Origin: the human T2T-CHM13v2.0 reference genome, Homo sapiens
DNA: 64,000 bases
Assembly (NCBI RefSeq): GCF_009914755.1
Contig: NC_060938.1
Direction: 5' to 3' (one strand)
Shown here: one piece after another, positions 36,519-50,095 of the stretch
Position numbering within the stretch: position 1 is the stretch's first letter
Layout of the letters: every line of letters begins with the position of its first letter
Position numbers and translations under genes: made by a program
The notes under the pieces: generated by a model
Databases searched by the model: none
What the model was told of the DNA's origin: nothing
The model's input: only the letters and a program-made list of their open reading frames with translations

Positions 36519-36715
36519 CAAGTTCCTTATTTTTCATGTGTTTAATATTTTCTCCCAATTTATAGAATATATTGATTAAGAATAAATTTTAGCCATGCAC
36601 ATCTTTTACAAACTTCATGATATACTTTGCTATATTTAAATTTCTTATACTCATAAAATGTGTGTTCTGATCTCACGTTGGCTTCCATTTCTTCCCTCTG
36701 GCTTCTATTAGTTTA

Positions 36716-36814
36716 GGCTATGAGCAGAGATGGACGAGGTGGCTACTGTAATAGATCAAGGCTATGAGCAGAGATGGATGAGGCAGTGGCTGTAATGGAT
36801 TAAGGCTATGAGCA
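36716..36814 (+). repeat. 44-bp tandem repeat, about 2.3 copies
   Basis: ggctatgagca at 36716, 36760 and 36804. Confidence 0.9.
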
Positions 36815-36921
36815 TCTTGTGAAGTAGGATGTAAAATCTGTAAATGTCAGAATGAATCCAAACTTACCAATTCAAAGCTGGATTGTAAAACAGCTCAAAA
36901 AAAGACTGAAAACACAGCTCT

Positions 36922-37200
<279 letters not shown>

Positions 37201-38191
37201 AGCTCTAAACAAAAGTGGCTAGAAAAGTAGCTCAAGTTGTTCCTGTCTGGTTAAATAGAAACATAAATGAACTACTTATGTGCCCCAGTGGCTTCATAAT
37301 GCTGAGAGGAAAGTCAATTATTCTAGCAGGTTCTAGAAAACTTTATCATATCATGGGGTTCAATGAAAATATCAAATCATATATATAATAATCAAATCTG
37401 AAAGTGAATCTAGTTTCAAAGACCTCAGAGGCCAGTGTGTAGGAAGCTCTTTTCAGATAGAGACAAGGGATTATTTGACTTCTTATCTCTGTTGTCTAGC
37501 ACAATGTCCAGAACACAACAGATATTCCATATGCACAGTCACATCCTGTGTATGTGTATTTCTTTTCCAGCAAGGACTAGAGGTCCTAAGCTTTGTTTAT
37601 ATGGTGAGCCAGTGCCCAAATGAGCAGCAGAATCTTAGCACAGTCAGCTACACACTCATTTCAATGCTCTGGCCTCTTATCAAAGCTAGTCAAAGTGTGG
37701 GCTATGGTTTTGCATTTTAAGGGATCCCCGGGTGAATCTTGTGGCTGTCAAAGGAGGAGAAGCACTGCCCTCAAAATATAGAAAAGGTGAACTAATTTAT
37801 ACAGGCAGGTGGCTGTTTATTTATGTATTTATTTATCTTGTTGATGGGAAGATTCAAATTGACATACACAATCACCCCCATAAGGATTTCAGGTAAAAAA
37901 CAAAGGTTTAGATATCAGATGTGTTTTACAATTACCACACCAGTCTTTTTACTACAGAATCTAGTAGCATATTTCCAATAGATCTAGGTGAAAATTTCTA
38001 TCTCATGACCCTTCTGTCAGTATTTTTAAAATTGGATACTCTATTAGTGGCCAAATTGAATCTCTTACAGGCATCTCACTCAAACTGCAGTCATACTTTC
38101 CAATAGGCCCCATAAAAATCCTTGTTCTGGAGCAATCTAATATATTTATCCACCTATTTAGACACTTAGGTAAGTATAATAATACAAGTTT

Positions 38192-38218
38192 TGTGTGTGT
38201 GTGTGTGTGTGTGTGTGT
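38192..38218 (+). repeat. (TG)n microsatellite
   Basis: Perfect TG run. Confidence 0.95.
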
Positions 38219-39324
38219 ATTGTGTACCTTGTGGCCTCTTGTCCAGTTTCTGCAACACCTGAATCTGAGGCAAGTTTAATGTAAATAACGTCCAGCAATT
38301 TAGAAATGTTGACTTTTATGTGTCCATCAGGAAAAAAGGATGAATGTTATTGTAGAGTAAATTTTCATTCTGGAAAAAATGCTTACAGTTTGAATATTAC
38401 TTTCATGCTTTCCACAGATATTATACACAGATATTATATTCCAAGGATTATGTTTCAAAGTCTTCAAAAATAGAAAATTCATTTTATATTTCTAGCTGAA
38501 AATAATAACAGTAATTAGCCTACCTTTGGGGAAATGTGATAAAAATACTAATGACCATCACAACTCATTAAAAGCATAAAATGTGCAATGATTTAAACTA
38601 CATGTTCTTTCTATGAATCTGCATAGAAATATAGACACATTTGATAAATGCTATTTAAAGTCTGAGTGCTTTGGTAAATGATTCATTTATAGGTTGAAGG
38701 GATTACTTTTATCTGCCTTCATAGTGAGAATTAGATTTCTATTCTTTATAAAGCAGGGAATACAGATTGTGCATGGAGTAAAAGCCTTCAATCCTTATTA
38801 ATAATGATGGTAGCTGCGTTGCAGAAAAGAAAGCCTGTCAGAGTAACGTGTTCAGTTTTACATCATAATCAGAGGTATGTCGATCTCTGTTGAAGGCAGA
38901 ATTAAAAACGCCTTCAACGTTTTTAAAATAATAGATGAAAAACATCTCAACGTCACTTTTAAAATTTGAATTGACGATTCCACATAACAGGAAAAGGACC
39001 AAGACCATCTTAAATACGTCATGATGGAAGTGATGTTTTAAGTGCAATTTCATCAAGGAGAAGTTTTTCCAGAAAGTCTTTTGATCAGTAAGAAGCTTAT
39101 TTACTCTGGTAAATAATTTATCGTAAGATGAGAAAGACTCGATTTTTTAAAAACAATAAAAAATTTACATGGTTTAATCTAATGTTGTGAATTCGAAAGT
39201 ACTACTTTTGCCCTTACAGTTACGCTTGTGTATTTATATGCATTTTCTTGGTTCATTCAAATGCCAATAAAATACTTTACTATCCAGGCCCCTTAAAAGC
39301 CAAATTAATTTCTAAAAGTGAGGA

Positions 39325-41775
39325 TTGTATGTATGCTGTGAGGTGTGCGCAGGTGTATGTGTGTGATGTGTATGTATGGTGTGTGTATGTGGTCTGTGTG
39401 TGTAGTAGGTTCATGGGGTATGTATATGTGTGTGTAGTGTGTATTGTGGGTGTTATGTGTGTATACTGTGTGTAGTTTGTGGGTGGTGCATGGTGTGTAT
39501 ATGTGCTGTGTTTATGGTGTATGTGTGTGTGGTGGGTGTGTACTACATGTGGTGTGGTGTGCGTGTGATATCTGTGTGTGCAGTTTGTGGTTTATGTGAT
39601 GTGTGTGTGTATGGTGCTGGGTGTGTGTGTACTGTGTGTAGGGTTTGATGTGTGATGAGTGTAGAATGTGTGGTGTGTGTGTGCACAGTATGTGTGGTGT
39701 GTATGTGATGTGTGTGCTCTGTGTGTGTGGTGCTATATATACGTGTGCAGTGTGGGGATTATGTGTGGGGCGTGTGTTTGATGTGTGTGGGGAGTATGGG
39801 GTGTGTGTGGTGCTGTATGTGTATGTTGTGTATGTAGTAGATTCGTGTGTGTGGTGTAGTGTGTGCAGTGTGTGGGGGGTATGCGTGTGTGCACATTGTG
39901 CAATGTGTGGTGTGGGGATGTGTGTGCGTGTGCACATGGTGTGTGTGCAGTGTGTGTGGTGTCTGGGGTGTGTGTGTGCACATGGTGTGTGAGGGTGTAT
40001 CAGAGGTGTGCGTGTGTGCACCTGGTGTGTGTGCAGTGTATGTGTGTGTGGTGGGGTGTGTGCATGTGCACATGGTGTGTGGTGTGTGTGATGTGTGGGG
40101 GTGTGTGTGCATGTATACATGGTGTGTGTGCAGTGTGTGATGTCTGTCGGGTGTGTGTGAGTGTGTACATGGTATGTGTGCAGTATGTGTGGTGTGTGGG
40201 GGTGTGTGCGTGTATGCGTGGTGTGCTGTGTGCAGTGTGTGTGGTGTCTGTGGTGTATGTGTGGGGCATGTGTGCTTGTGTACACGGTGTGTGTGGTGTG
40301 TGCATGTACACGGTGTGGCCTGTGCAGTGTGGTGGGGTGTGTGTGCGGTGTGTGGTGTCTGTGTGTGGGGTGTGTGTGCACATGGTGTGTGTGTGGTGTG
40401 TGTTGTCTGTGGGGTGTGTGCGTGTGCACATGGTGTGTGTGCAGTGTGGGGTGTGTATGCGTGCACATGGTGTGTGTGCAGTGTTTGTGGTGTGTTTGTG
40501 CACATGGTGTGTGTGCAGTGTGTGTGTGGTGTGTGCACATGGTGTGTGTGCAGTGTGTGGTGTCTGTGTGATGTGTGCGCATGTGCTCATGAGGTATGTG
40601 CAGTGTGTATGGTGTCTGGGTTGTGTGTGTGCATATGGTGTGGTGTGTGCAGTGGGTGTGGTGTTTGAGGTGTGTGTACAGTGTGTGCGGTGTCTGTGTG
40701 TGGGGTGTGTATGCGTGTGTATGGGGAAAAGAAAGAGATCAGACTGTTACTGTGTCTATGTAGAAAGAAGTAGACATAAGAGACTCCATTTTGTTCTGTA
40801 CTAAGAAAAATTCTTCTGCCTTGAGAGGCTGTTAATCTGTAACCGTACCCCCAACCCTGTGCTCCCTGAGACATGTGCTGTGTCAAGTCAAGGTTAAATG
40901 GATTAAGGGCTGTGCAGGATGTGCTTTGTTAAACAAATGCTTGAAGGCACCATGCTTGTTAAGAGTCATCACCACTCCCTACTCTCAAGTACCCAGGGAC
41001 ACAAAACACTGCGGAAGGCCACAGGGACCTCTGCCTAGGAAAGCCAGGTATTGTCCAAGGTTTCTCCCCATGTGATAGTCTGAAATATGGTCTCATGGGA
41101 AGGGAAAGACCTGACCATCCCCCAGCCTGACACCGATAAAGGTTCTGTGCTGGGGAGGATTAGTAAAAAGGAAGGCCTCTTTGCAGTTGAGATAAGAGGA
41201 AGGCATCTGTCTCCTGCTTGTCCCTGGGCAATGGAATGTCTCAGTGTAAAGCCCAGTTGTATATTCCATCTACTGAGATAGGGGAAAACTGCCTTAGGGC
41301 TGGAGGTGGAATATGCTGGCAACAATACTGCTCTTTAAGGCATTGAGATGTTTATGTATATGAACATCAAAAGCACAGCACATTTTTCTTTACCTTGTTT
41401 ATGATGCAGAGACATTTGTTCATATGTTTTCCTGCTGACCCTCTCTCCACTATTACCCTATTGTCCTGCCACATCCCCCTCTCAGAGAAATGCCCGATAA
41501 TGATCAATAAATACTAAGGAAACTCAGAGACTGGTGCCGGCGTGGGTCCTCCGTATGCTGAGCGCTATTCCCCTGGGCCCACTTTTCTTTCTCTATACTT
41601 TGTCTCTGTGTCTCTTTTCTCAAGTCTCTTGTTCCACCCGATGAGAAACGCCCACAAGTGTGGAGGGGCAGGCCACCCCTTCACGTGTGCACATGGTGTG
41701 TGTGCTGTTTGTGTGGTGTCTGTGTGTGGGGTGTGTGTGCGTGTGCACATGGTGTGGTGTGTGCAGTGTGTGTTA
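39325..41775 (+). repeat. Degenerate TG-rich array (about 1.5 kb net), interrupted by LTR5B
   Basis: Recurrent motif gtgcacatggtgtgtgtgcagtgtgtg on both sides of the LTR. Confidence 0.95.
40720..41683 (+). mobile_element. Solo LTR5B (HERV-K HML-2), 964 bp
   Basis: t(a)tggggaaaagaaagagatcagactgttactgtgtctatgtagaaagaagtagacataagagactcc ... ggggcaggccaccccttca. 6-bp TSD CGTGTG (40714-40719, 41684-41689). Confidence 0.93.
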
Positions 41776-43094
41776 TGAGTGACTGCTTCTCTTAGCATGT
41801 GGACATCAGTCTTCCAGACCAGCTTTCTCCATGTGTCTGGGAACATAAGAAACAAGTTTCTGCAATAATTGTTACACAGCTTTTCCAGAGAGGTACCAAA
41901 TCTCTGTCGAGAGTGGATATCAGCGTCATTGCAGGAGGGAATGTGATGTCCTGGTTTGTGTTTGGCTCACACCCTCTGAGGGCTTAGGCAGGGTTCCTGC
42001 TGGATCCCTCACTAGCCAGAGACGAGGGCTCTGTTTCACCATAGGGCACCAGAAGAGGACTGGTGCGTGGGAAGACCAGGTAATCATAATGGTATTAATA
42101 ATAGTGGTAATAATACTGTTTTATACATTGTATGTGTCATAAGGATTTTAAATTTCATCTAACATAATTGTTGTAAAAATGTCCCCAGTTTGTTTTGTGC
42201 TATTTACTTGGTGTTGAAATATGTAAGAATTTACATTTTAGGTACGTTAGGTTTATTCCTTTTTATATAGTTTCTGTTTGCAATTTTGATTTTAGAAGAC
42301 ATTCATTCATTCTCAAGGTCATAAAACACAGGTACATCTAATTTTCTTTTCTTTTCTCTCTCTCTCTTTTTTTTTTTTTTTTTACATTTAATACTGGAAT
42401 TAACTTTTATGTAAGGTGTGGGACCAGGATTCAATTCTATCATTTTATATTCTCAAATCATTACCCAATATTTTAACATCATAAATGGAAAAATGGCTCT
42501 GTTTTGTGGGTTTAAAATATTACCCTGTTACTAGATAAAATTACACTCAATTTCTGTGTTTTTGATTCTCTTTCATTAATGTGTTTATTTTTGTGCCATT
42601 TCAAATTTAATTTTGAATAGTAATAACAATCTTAAATATCTTATAGTAAATTTTATAAAATTGGCTCTTGTGTGTGTTCAATAAGTGGATTTAAAATCAC
42701 ATTTTCTTGTTCGAAAATATTTTTCTTGGAATTTTTATTGGAATTTGAGCATATTTTTAAATGATTTACAGCAAACTAAAGAGTTAATATTATTGAGTCC
42801 TCTCATCCAGAATGTGACATGCAAATTCTTCAAACCTCCTTTAATGTCATTTAGTCAAAATTAATATGTTAAATCAATATAAATTAGTTTAAATGAGTAT
42901 AACTAATGATTAAAATAAATTAATGTGTTTGGCTCCACGTTTCTGTCTTCTGCCTTCTATCACTGATGTTTTTTATTCCTATCCTTGTTGTTTTCTACAG
43001 TTTCTTTATGTCTTTTTCTGTCTTGTGATGTGAAAACTATATGACACATTGTAATGTTTTATTTTTTCTAATTTTTTGCTCTTAATTTTAACTA

Positions 43095-43630
43095 ATTTTA
43101 TTTTTTAGAGAAGTGCGGGTTCACAGCTAAACGGAGCAGAGAGTACAGACTTCTCATATGTCCCTTTCCCCACACACAGCCTCCTCACTACAGCTTCCTG
43201 CTTCACAGGAGCACACCTGTGACAACCAGGAACCTACCTTGACCCTTCATTATCACTCAAAGCTTACAGTGCACATTCATACTTATTTACTCTTCACATT
43301 GTACTTTCTGAGTCATGACAAAATTATAATGGCAATGGGATATTATTCACCGCTAACAGGAGATGATCTATCAAGCCACAAAAAAATACACGGAGGAAAC
43401 TTAAATGCATATTGCTAAAAGAAGAAGCCAATCCGAAAAGTCTACGTACTGTTCGATTCCAATTATATGACGTTCTGGAAACGGTGAAACTATGGGAACA
43501 GTAGAAAGATCAGTGGTTGCCATGGACCAAGGGGAAGGAAGAGATGGATACACAGAGCACAGAGAATCTTCATGGCAGTAAAACCATTCTGTATGATACT
43601 GTAATGGTAGATATATACATTTGTAAAAAT
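43095..43630. mobile_element. L1MC-like 3' fragment with an inverted segment
   Basis: Antisense L1MC end to about 43325, then sense L1MC 3'UTR (aacttaaatgcatattgctaa...agatcagtggttgcc). Confidence 0.6.
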
Positions 43631-43646
43631 CTATCTTGACTTTTAA

Positions 43647-43963
<317 letters not shown>

Positions 43964-43989
43964 GTTTTTGTTTTAAGAACTGCAGACAA

Positions 43990-44290
43990 GCTGGGTGCAG
44001 TGGCTCAAGCCTGTAATGGCTGCACTTTTGGAGGCTAAAGTGGCTGGATTGCTTCAGCCCCGGAGTTCAAGACCAGCTGGGCAACATAGTGAGATCCCGT
44101 CTCTACAAAAAAAGTATTAAAAAAAATAGCCAGGCATAGTGCTGCATGCCTGTACTCCCAGCCACTCAGGAGGCTGTGGTAGAAAAATCACTTGACCCAG
44201 CAGTTTGAGGCTGCAGTGAGCTATCATCATGTCACTGCACTCTGGCCTGGGCGACAGAGCGAAACCCCATCTCAAAACAAAGAACAACCG
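43990..44290 (+). mobile_element. AluJ
   Basis: gctgggtgcagtggctcaagcctgtaat... dimer. Confidence 0.88.
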
Positions 44291-45162
44291 AAAACCTACA
44301 AGCCTACTCAGAGATATTGTGGGTTTGGTTCCAGACAACTGCAATAAGGCAAATGTTACAACCAAAAACTTACAAGCACACCTCAGAGATATTGTGGGTT
44401 TGGTTCCAGACCACTGCAATAAGGCAAATGTTACAATCAAGTTAGTTGCATAAATATTTTGTTTCCCAGTGCTTATTAAAGTTATGCTTAAACTATATTG
44501 TAGTCTAATGAGTATTTAATTATTAATTAGTAATTAATAGCATGTCTGAAAAACTGTGTACATACCTTAAGTTAAAATACATCAGTGCTAAAAAACGCTA
44601 ATGAATATCTGAGCCTCACCAAGTCATAATGTTTTTGCTGGTGAGGGTCTTGCCTCTATATTGATGACTGCTGGCTAATCAGTGTGGGGGCTGCTGAAGG
44701 TTGGGTGTCTGTGTCAATTTCTTCAAACAATGAAGTTTATTCCTTTCACAAAAGATTTCCCTGTAGCATGTGATGCTGTTTGACAGCATTTTATCAACAG
44801 TAGAACTTTTTTCAAAATTAGAGTAAACCCTCTCAAACCCTGCTGCTGCTTTATCAACTAGGCTTATGGAATATTCTAAATCCTTAGTTGTCATTTCAAC
44901 AATGTTTGTAGCATCTCCACCTGGATTAGATTCCATCTCAAGAAAATATTTTCTTTGCTCGTCCATAAGAAGCAACTCCCTATTTGTTCAAGTTTCATCA
45001 TGAGTTTACAGCAATTTCATCTCACCTTAAGGCCCTAATTCTAATTCTAGTTGTCTTGCGATTTCTACCACATCTGCAGGGACTTCCTCCACTGACATCC
45101 TGAGCCCTCAAAGTCATCCATGAGGGCTGGAATCAACTTCTTCCAAACTCCTGTTAATGTTA

Positions 45163-45259
45163 ATATTTCAACCTCCTCCCATCAATCACAAATGTCCTTA
45201 ATGGCATTTAAGGATTGCTATTAAGGACATTTGTGATTCACGGGAGGAGGTTCAAATAT
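45163..45259. ncRNA. MIR4477: MIR4477A/B-type bidirectional hairpin
   Basis: 44-bp arms (4 mismatches) and 9-nt loop. ctattaaggacatttgtgattc (45218-45239, +) and attaaggacatttgtgattgat (45181-45202, -) match my recall of miR-4477a and miR-4477b. Confidence 0.8.
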
Positions 45260-45403
45260 CATGAAAGGATTAATGGTGAATCCTTTCCAAAAGGTTTTCA
45301 ATTCAGTTTATCCAGATTCATCAAAGAAATCACTATCTATGATAGCTATACCTTTACAAAATGCATTTATTAATTAATAAAAACACTTAAAAGTCAAAAC
45401 CAC

Positions 45404-45750
<347 letters not shown>

Positions 45751-45818
45751 TTAGCAGCCATGAAAATAACATTAATTTCCAAGTACATCTCCATCTAAGC
45801 TTCTGGGTAGCTAGGTGA

Positions 45819-46174
<356 letters not shown>

Positions 46175-46578
46175 AAGCAACAATCTTTTTAAAGGAATCA
46201 CTTTTTTTTCTGAGCAGTAGGTCTCAATATTGGGATTAAAATATTCAGTAAACCATGCCATTAACAGATGTGCTGTCACCCAGACAGTGATGTTCCATTT
46301 CTAGAGCACAGAAATAATAGATTTTGCATAATTCTTAAGGGCCCTGAGATTTTCAGAGTGGTCAATGAGCACTGGCTGTAACTTAAAGTCACCAGCTGCA
46401 GTGGTCCTCAGAGTCAGCCCATCCTTTGAAGTTTTGAAGCCAAGCGTTGACTTCTCTCTAGCTATGAAAATTCTACATCTTCAGTAAGCTTGATCATTTC
46501 TAGCTCTGGACTTCAAGTGAGAGACGTGCAAGTCTTCCTTTCATTTGAGTTCTTTGAGGCCACTGTGGTTACTAATTG

Positions 46579-47325
46579 GCAACCCCAGTGGGTGTCACCC
46601 TCCTCCCTCCTCTATCGAGTTCACCCACAACAGGGCGTGGGGAACGGCGCTTCTGACACCGCACATGCCCTGCGCGCCTGGGGCTCTCCCACAGGGGGCT
46701 TTCGTGAGCCAGGCAGCAAGGGCCATCCCCCTGCTCCAGCCCAGCCAGGCTGCGCAGGCAGAAGGACTCTCCCAACCTGCCCGGGCATGTGGGGCTTTAT
46801 GTTCCCTGCCTTGGCTCCTCCGGAACTGGGGCTCTCCCATCCTCAGACTCCCTGGTGGCCTCCACACCCCAACAAATGACAGGAAGACCAGAAACCGCTG
46901 CGGGAGGGCCTGCTGGGCGCGTGCTCATTTTGGGCCCCCTCAAGCTGAGTCACAGGGGCAAGGTGTGCTTGTGCCACCCGCGTCCCACCGGAATCCGTGG
47001 TGGGGCTGGAGCCCCAGGTCGCCAGGGCGGCGTGGGAACCCGAAGACGGGGCAGCTCCACCTCCGGAGATCGCGACCCCGGAGGCCTCCGCGTCAAGAAC
47101 AGATGCCAGCCATCCAGGCGCCTCCCAACCGCTCCAGGAGCCGGGGAGCTCGTCTGCACTCACCTCCAGCCTGTTAGATGAGCTCCTGTCAACCCCAGAG
47201 TTTCAGCAAAAGGCACAACATTTCCTAGATCCGGCGCACTGGGGGAGCTGAAGGACGTGGAAGAGCCCGCTTTGCTGGAACCACTCCTCAGCCAGGACGA
47301 ACACTGGGCTCTGCTGGAGGAGCAG
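46579..47325 (+). pseudogene. DUX4L: DUX4-like pseudogene, C-terminal half only (no homeodomains), frameshifted
   Basis: PCAPGALPQGAFVSQAARA, LSHPQTPWWPPHP, QGQGVLVPP, PWWGW, AAWEP, LLDELLSTPEFQQKAQ and ALLEE are spread over several frames. Confidence 0.95.
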
Positions 47326-48775
47326 GTTGGGGAGGGGTTGGGGCGGGCTGGGGGCAGAGCGGCGGCCTCTCTTTTGCGGTGAACCTCAGGCTTGGTATGG
47401 AGAGGCGTGTCTTCCCTTCCAGCTGACCTGCCTAGGATCCCTGAGTTCCAGGTCCAGCTAGAGACTCCACACAGAGGAGGGCTGTCAAGAATGACAAGAA
47501 AGAATTCCTGAGCATCCTGGGGATCCCAGGGCCGGTCCAGGTACCCGGAAGTGGGCTGTCTACTGCGCATGCGCGGGATTCCAGGCAGCAGCCTAGGTTT
47601 TCTAACTAGCCCAGGCGGAGCTCTCATCCCTTTTTCCCCCGTGTTCTTCAGTCAGGTTGGCGGAGACCTCAGTCCGCGAAACACTGGGCCGGGGCAGAAG
47701 CCAGGCCAGTTCTTTCTGTGGCTCGACTCCTCTGCCTCTTCGCTCTCCATCACTTGCCAACTCTTGTCCCGCCAGCCTCCTTGCCAGCACCATGGAGCGC
47801 CTTGCAACTAAATGTAGACCCGAGACCGCGTGCAAACCGAGGTGCTGCCCTTTCCAGGCAAGAGGGAAGGCAGGCAGAGATGAGGACAGGAATGGAGACA
47901 GAGTGAGATGGAAGGATGGAGCTAGGAAAGGATGGGTGGAAGGAGGGACCTCGGAAGGGAGAGAAAGAGGGAGGGAGGGAGAAAGGGAGAAAAAAACCGG
48001 GGGAGGGAAGGAAGAACAGAGGGAAGGATGGACCGAGGGACAAAAGGAGCAAGAAACAGAGAACGGAAGGCAGAGAGAAAAACGGTCTTCTGCCTCCAGA
48101 ACCAACAGGACCCAGCACTCCGGGAAAATGTTGGGTGCCCAGTGCGGGCTAACTACTGGGCCCACAGCCCCGTTGGCCGGCGGGGGGCTCAGTGGCCCTC
48201 TGGATCGCCAGCCTGGGTTACTTCATCCCGGAGCAATTCAGACCAATTCCGTTTCCGAAGGAATGAGCGAATTCCCCAGAGAGCAATGAGCCGAGACTCA
48301 GGTGGTTGTCTGTTTTTCATCCACATGGTTCACAGTTGACATATCCCCACATTGAGCCCTGCAACAGAGTGCGAGGCGGATAGTCCCATCCACACAGGAG
48401 TCACACTTAGGCCAACTGAAGCGTGATTCTGGATTCCATGTTTCTTTGCCCCTGCAAAGGTTCCTGTTGCTCAAGTTTCTGCCCCCTGAAAGCGTGACCA
48501 TCTTGACTGTTTGTTTCCCCTGCTCTGTGGGGTCCCAGAAACTTCCAGGAATGCGTGGAAGACCAGCATTGTGTCAGTGCTCTCCTTTCCAGTTTTCAAA
48601 CAGGCTATATTGGAGACTCCCCATTTTGCAGGAAACAGGAATCCATCATCAGGCCGTGATGTACGGGATGTTTCTTTTCTCTGTGGTTTCGCTCTCGTTG
48701 TCTACGTGAAAATGAACGAGATCCACACACCTGCGTGTATGAGAATATCACAGCAACTGTGACACCCACGCGCTG
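46579..48775 (+). repeat. Diverged D4Z4 (3.3-kb family) partial unit
   Basis: DUX4 3' half, KpnI unit boundary GGTACC at 47540-47545, then next-unit sequence (ctactgcgcatgcgcggg, purine tract, gggcccacagcc, ggaatccatc, aaatgaacgag). It ends before the DUX4 promoter. Confidence 0.92.
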
Positions 48776-48789
48776 GCAATAGAGTTGGC

Positions 48790-50095
48790 AGCCTGATCCC
48801 GGGACTAAGGTACTGATGGACATCCAGACTCACCCACCACAATCATTAGCAAGCCCACTCCCAAACACACAGACACACATGGGCGCACGCGCGGGAACAC
48901 AAGCACACACACAGACACAGAAAGACACAGACAGCTTGAAGGAGAGCAAGGGACAGAGGGATGGAGAGATAGAAACGGAAGGAGAGAGAAACAGCGATCG
49001 AGAGAGAGACACAGAGGAACCCGGAAGATTGCGAGAGAGAGAGCAAGGTGGAGAGGGAAGTAGAGAAAGGGAAAGGGTGAGGGAGCTAGACAGGGAGAGC
49101 AACAGAGCCTTGGAGAGGGAGGCTCTATCTGGTAGACAGGGACCCCTTTGGCCAGGATAGGGTGGAGGGTGTCTGAGACGGGCTGGAACAGGGGGGCAGG
49201 GCCGCCCACGCGGGAAAACCAACAGAGCCCTGAGACGTGGTTTTACTTCGATTGGTTGGTTGTTTTGGGGGTGCGTTTCGTAGCCTCATTCCTTTGTTGG
49301 CTCCTCCCTGTCCTCTTGGTGCTGTGGGCCTTAAAAGTTGTAGAGTGCGCCCCTCACTGTGGCAGAAGCAGTGGCGCTGAGCGTGCCCATGGGTCGCGGC
49401 TTGGGCCTCTCTCGTTTTCCGGGTGGTATGGCCTTAGACAATGGCAGTGGCGCCTGGCTGGCCCAAGAGTCCAGTCCAGCTACGCCCACCTGATTCCAGG
49501 CGTCACCAGCAACCCGGGGCCACAAGGCTGGGATCAGGCACACCAGAGTCACTTGCCCCTGGCCGGGCTGCTCTCCCCCTCTACGCCCAAGCACCACCAG
49601 TCGCCGCGTTGCGATTTCCGCCGACCTCCCAGAGCATCCTGCTGTCGCCGGCGGCCAGACCACGTTCGAGACAGCCTAGGCGCCAGAGGCCTCCCTCCCC
49701 TGCCAGGGCTCTGGACTCTCCAGGCGACCACCCTCTCGCTGACACTCCAGGCCTTCCCCCGGCTCTCGAGCTCCAGAGCTTCCAACACCTGGGGCCCGCT
49801 CAGGAAGGGGTGTGCTCCGAGGCTTCAGGGCCCAGGGCCCACTGTCCTGGGGTCCCGTACGGTCCTCCGCCTTGCCGTGGAAAAATTATTTTGGATTCCT
49901 TGCTGCCCCTCCTGCAAGGCCCCCTCTTACCCAAACACCCAGAGCCACCAGGGCTGACCGGGGTGAACAGCCGGCCCAGCCCCGCGGGCCATTTTTCATA
50001 CAATGCCTACACAATCGTCACTTGTTCCGACAAGGACCCGCCGTGGACAACGGGGCAGGAAGGCTCTGCTTTGCCCCGCGCCAGCACTAGAGCCC
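48790..50095 (-). repeat. 5S rDNA repeat unit 1, internally deleted; only the first 19 nt of 5S remain (49421-49439)
   Basis: Collinear with unit 2 (CA tract, GA tract, GC-rich spacer). gggtggtatggccttagac is the 5S 5' end. Confidence 0.85.

Noticed and set aside
39430-40886. Long His/Thr-rich and Cys/Val-rich ORFs (up to 356 aa)
   Set aside because: Translations of a TG/CA low-complexity array that lacks stops in many frames.
41990-42330. Possible exon or 3'UTR fragment (ccag|gtaat donor-like site)
   Set aside because: I could not identify a parent gene; a search is needed.
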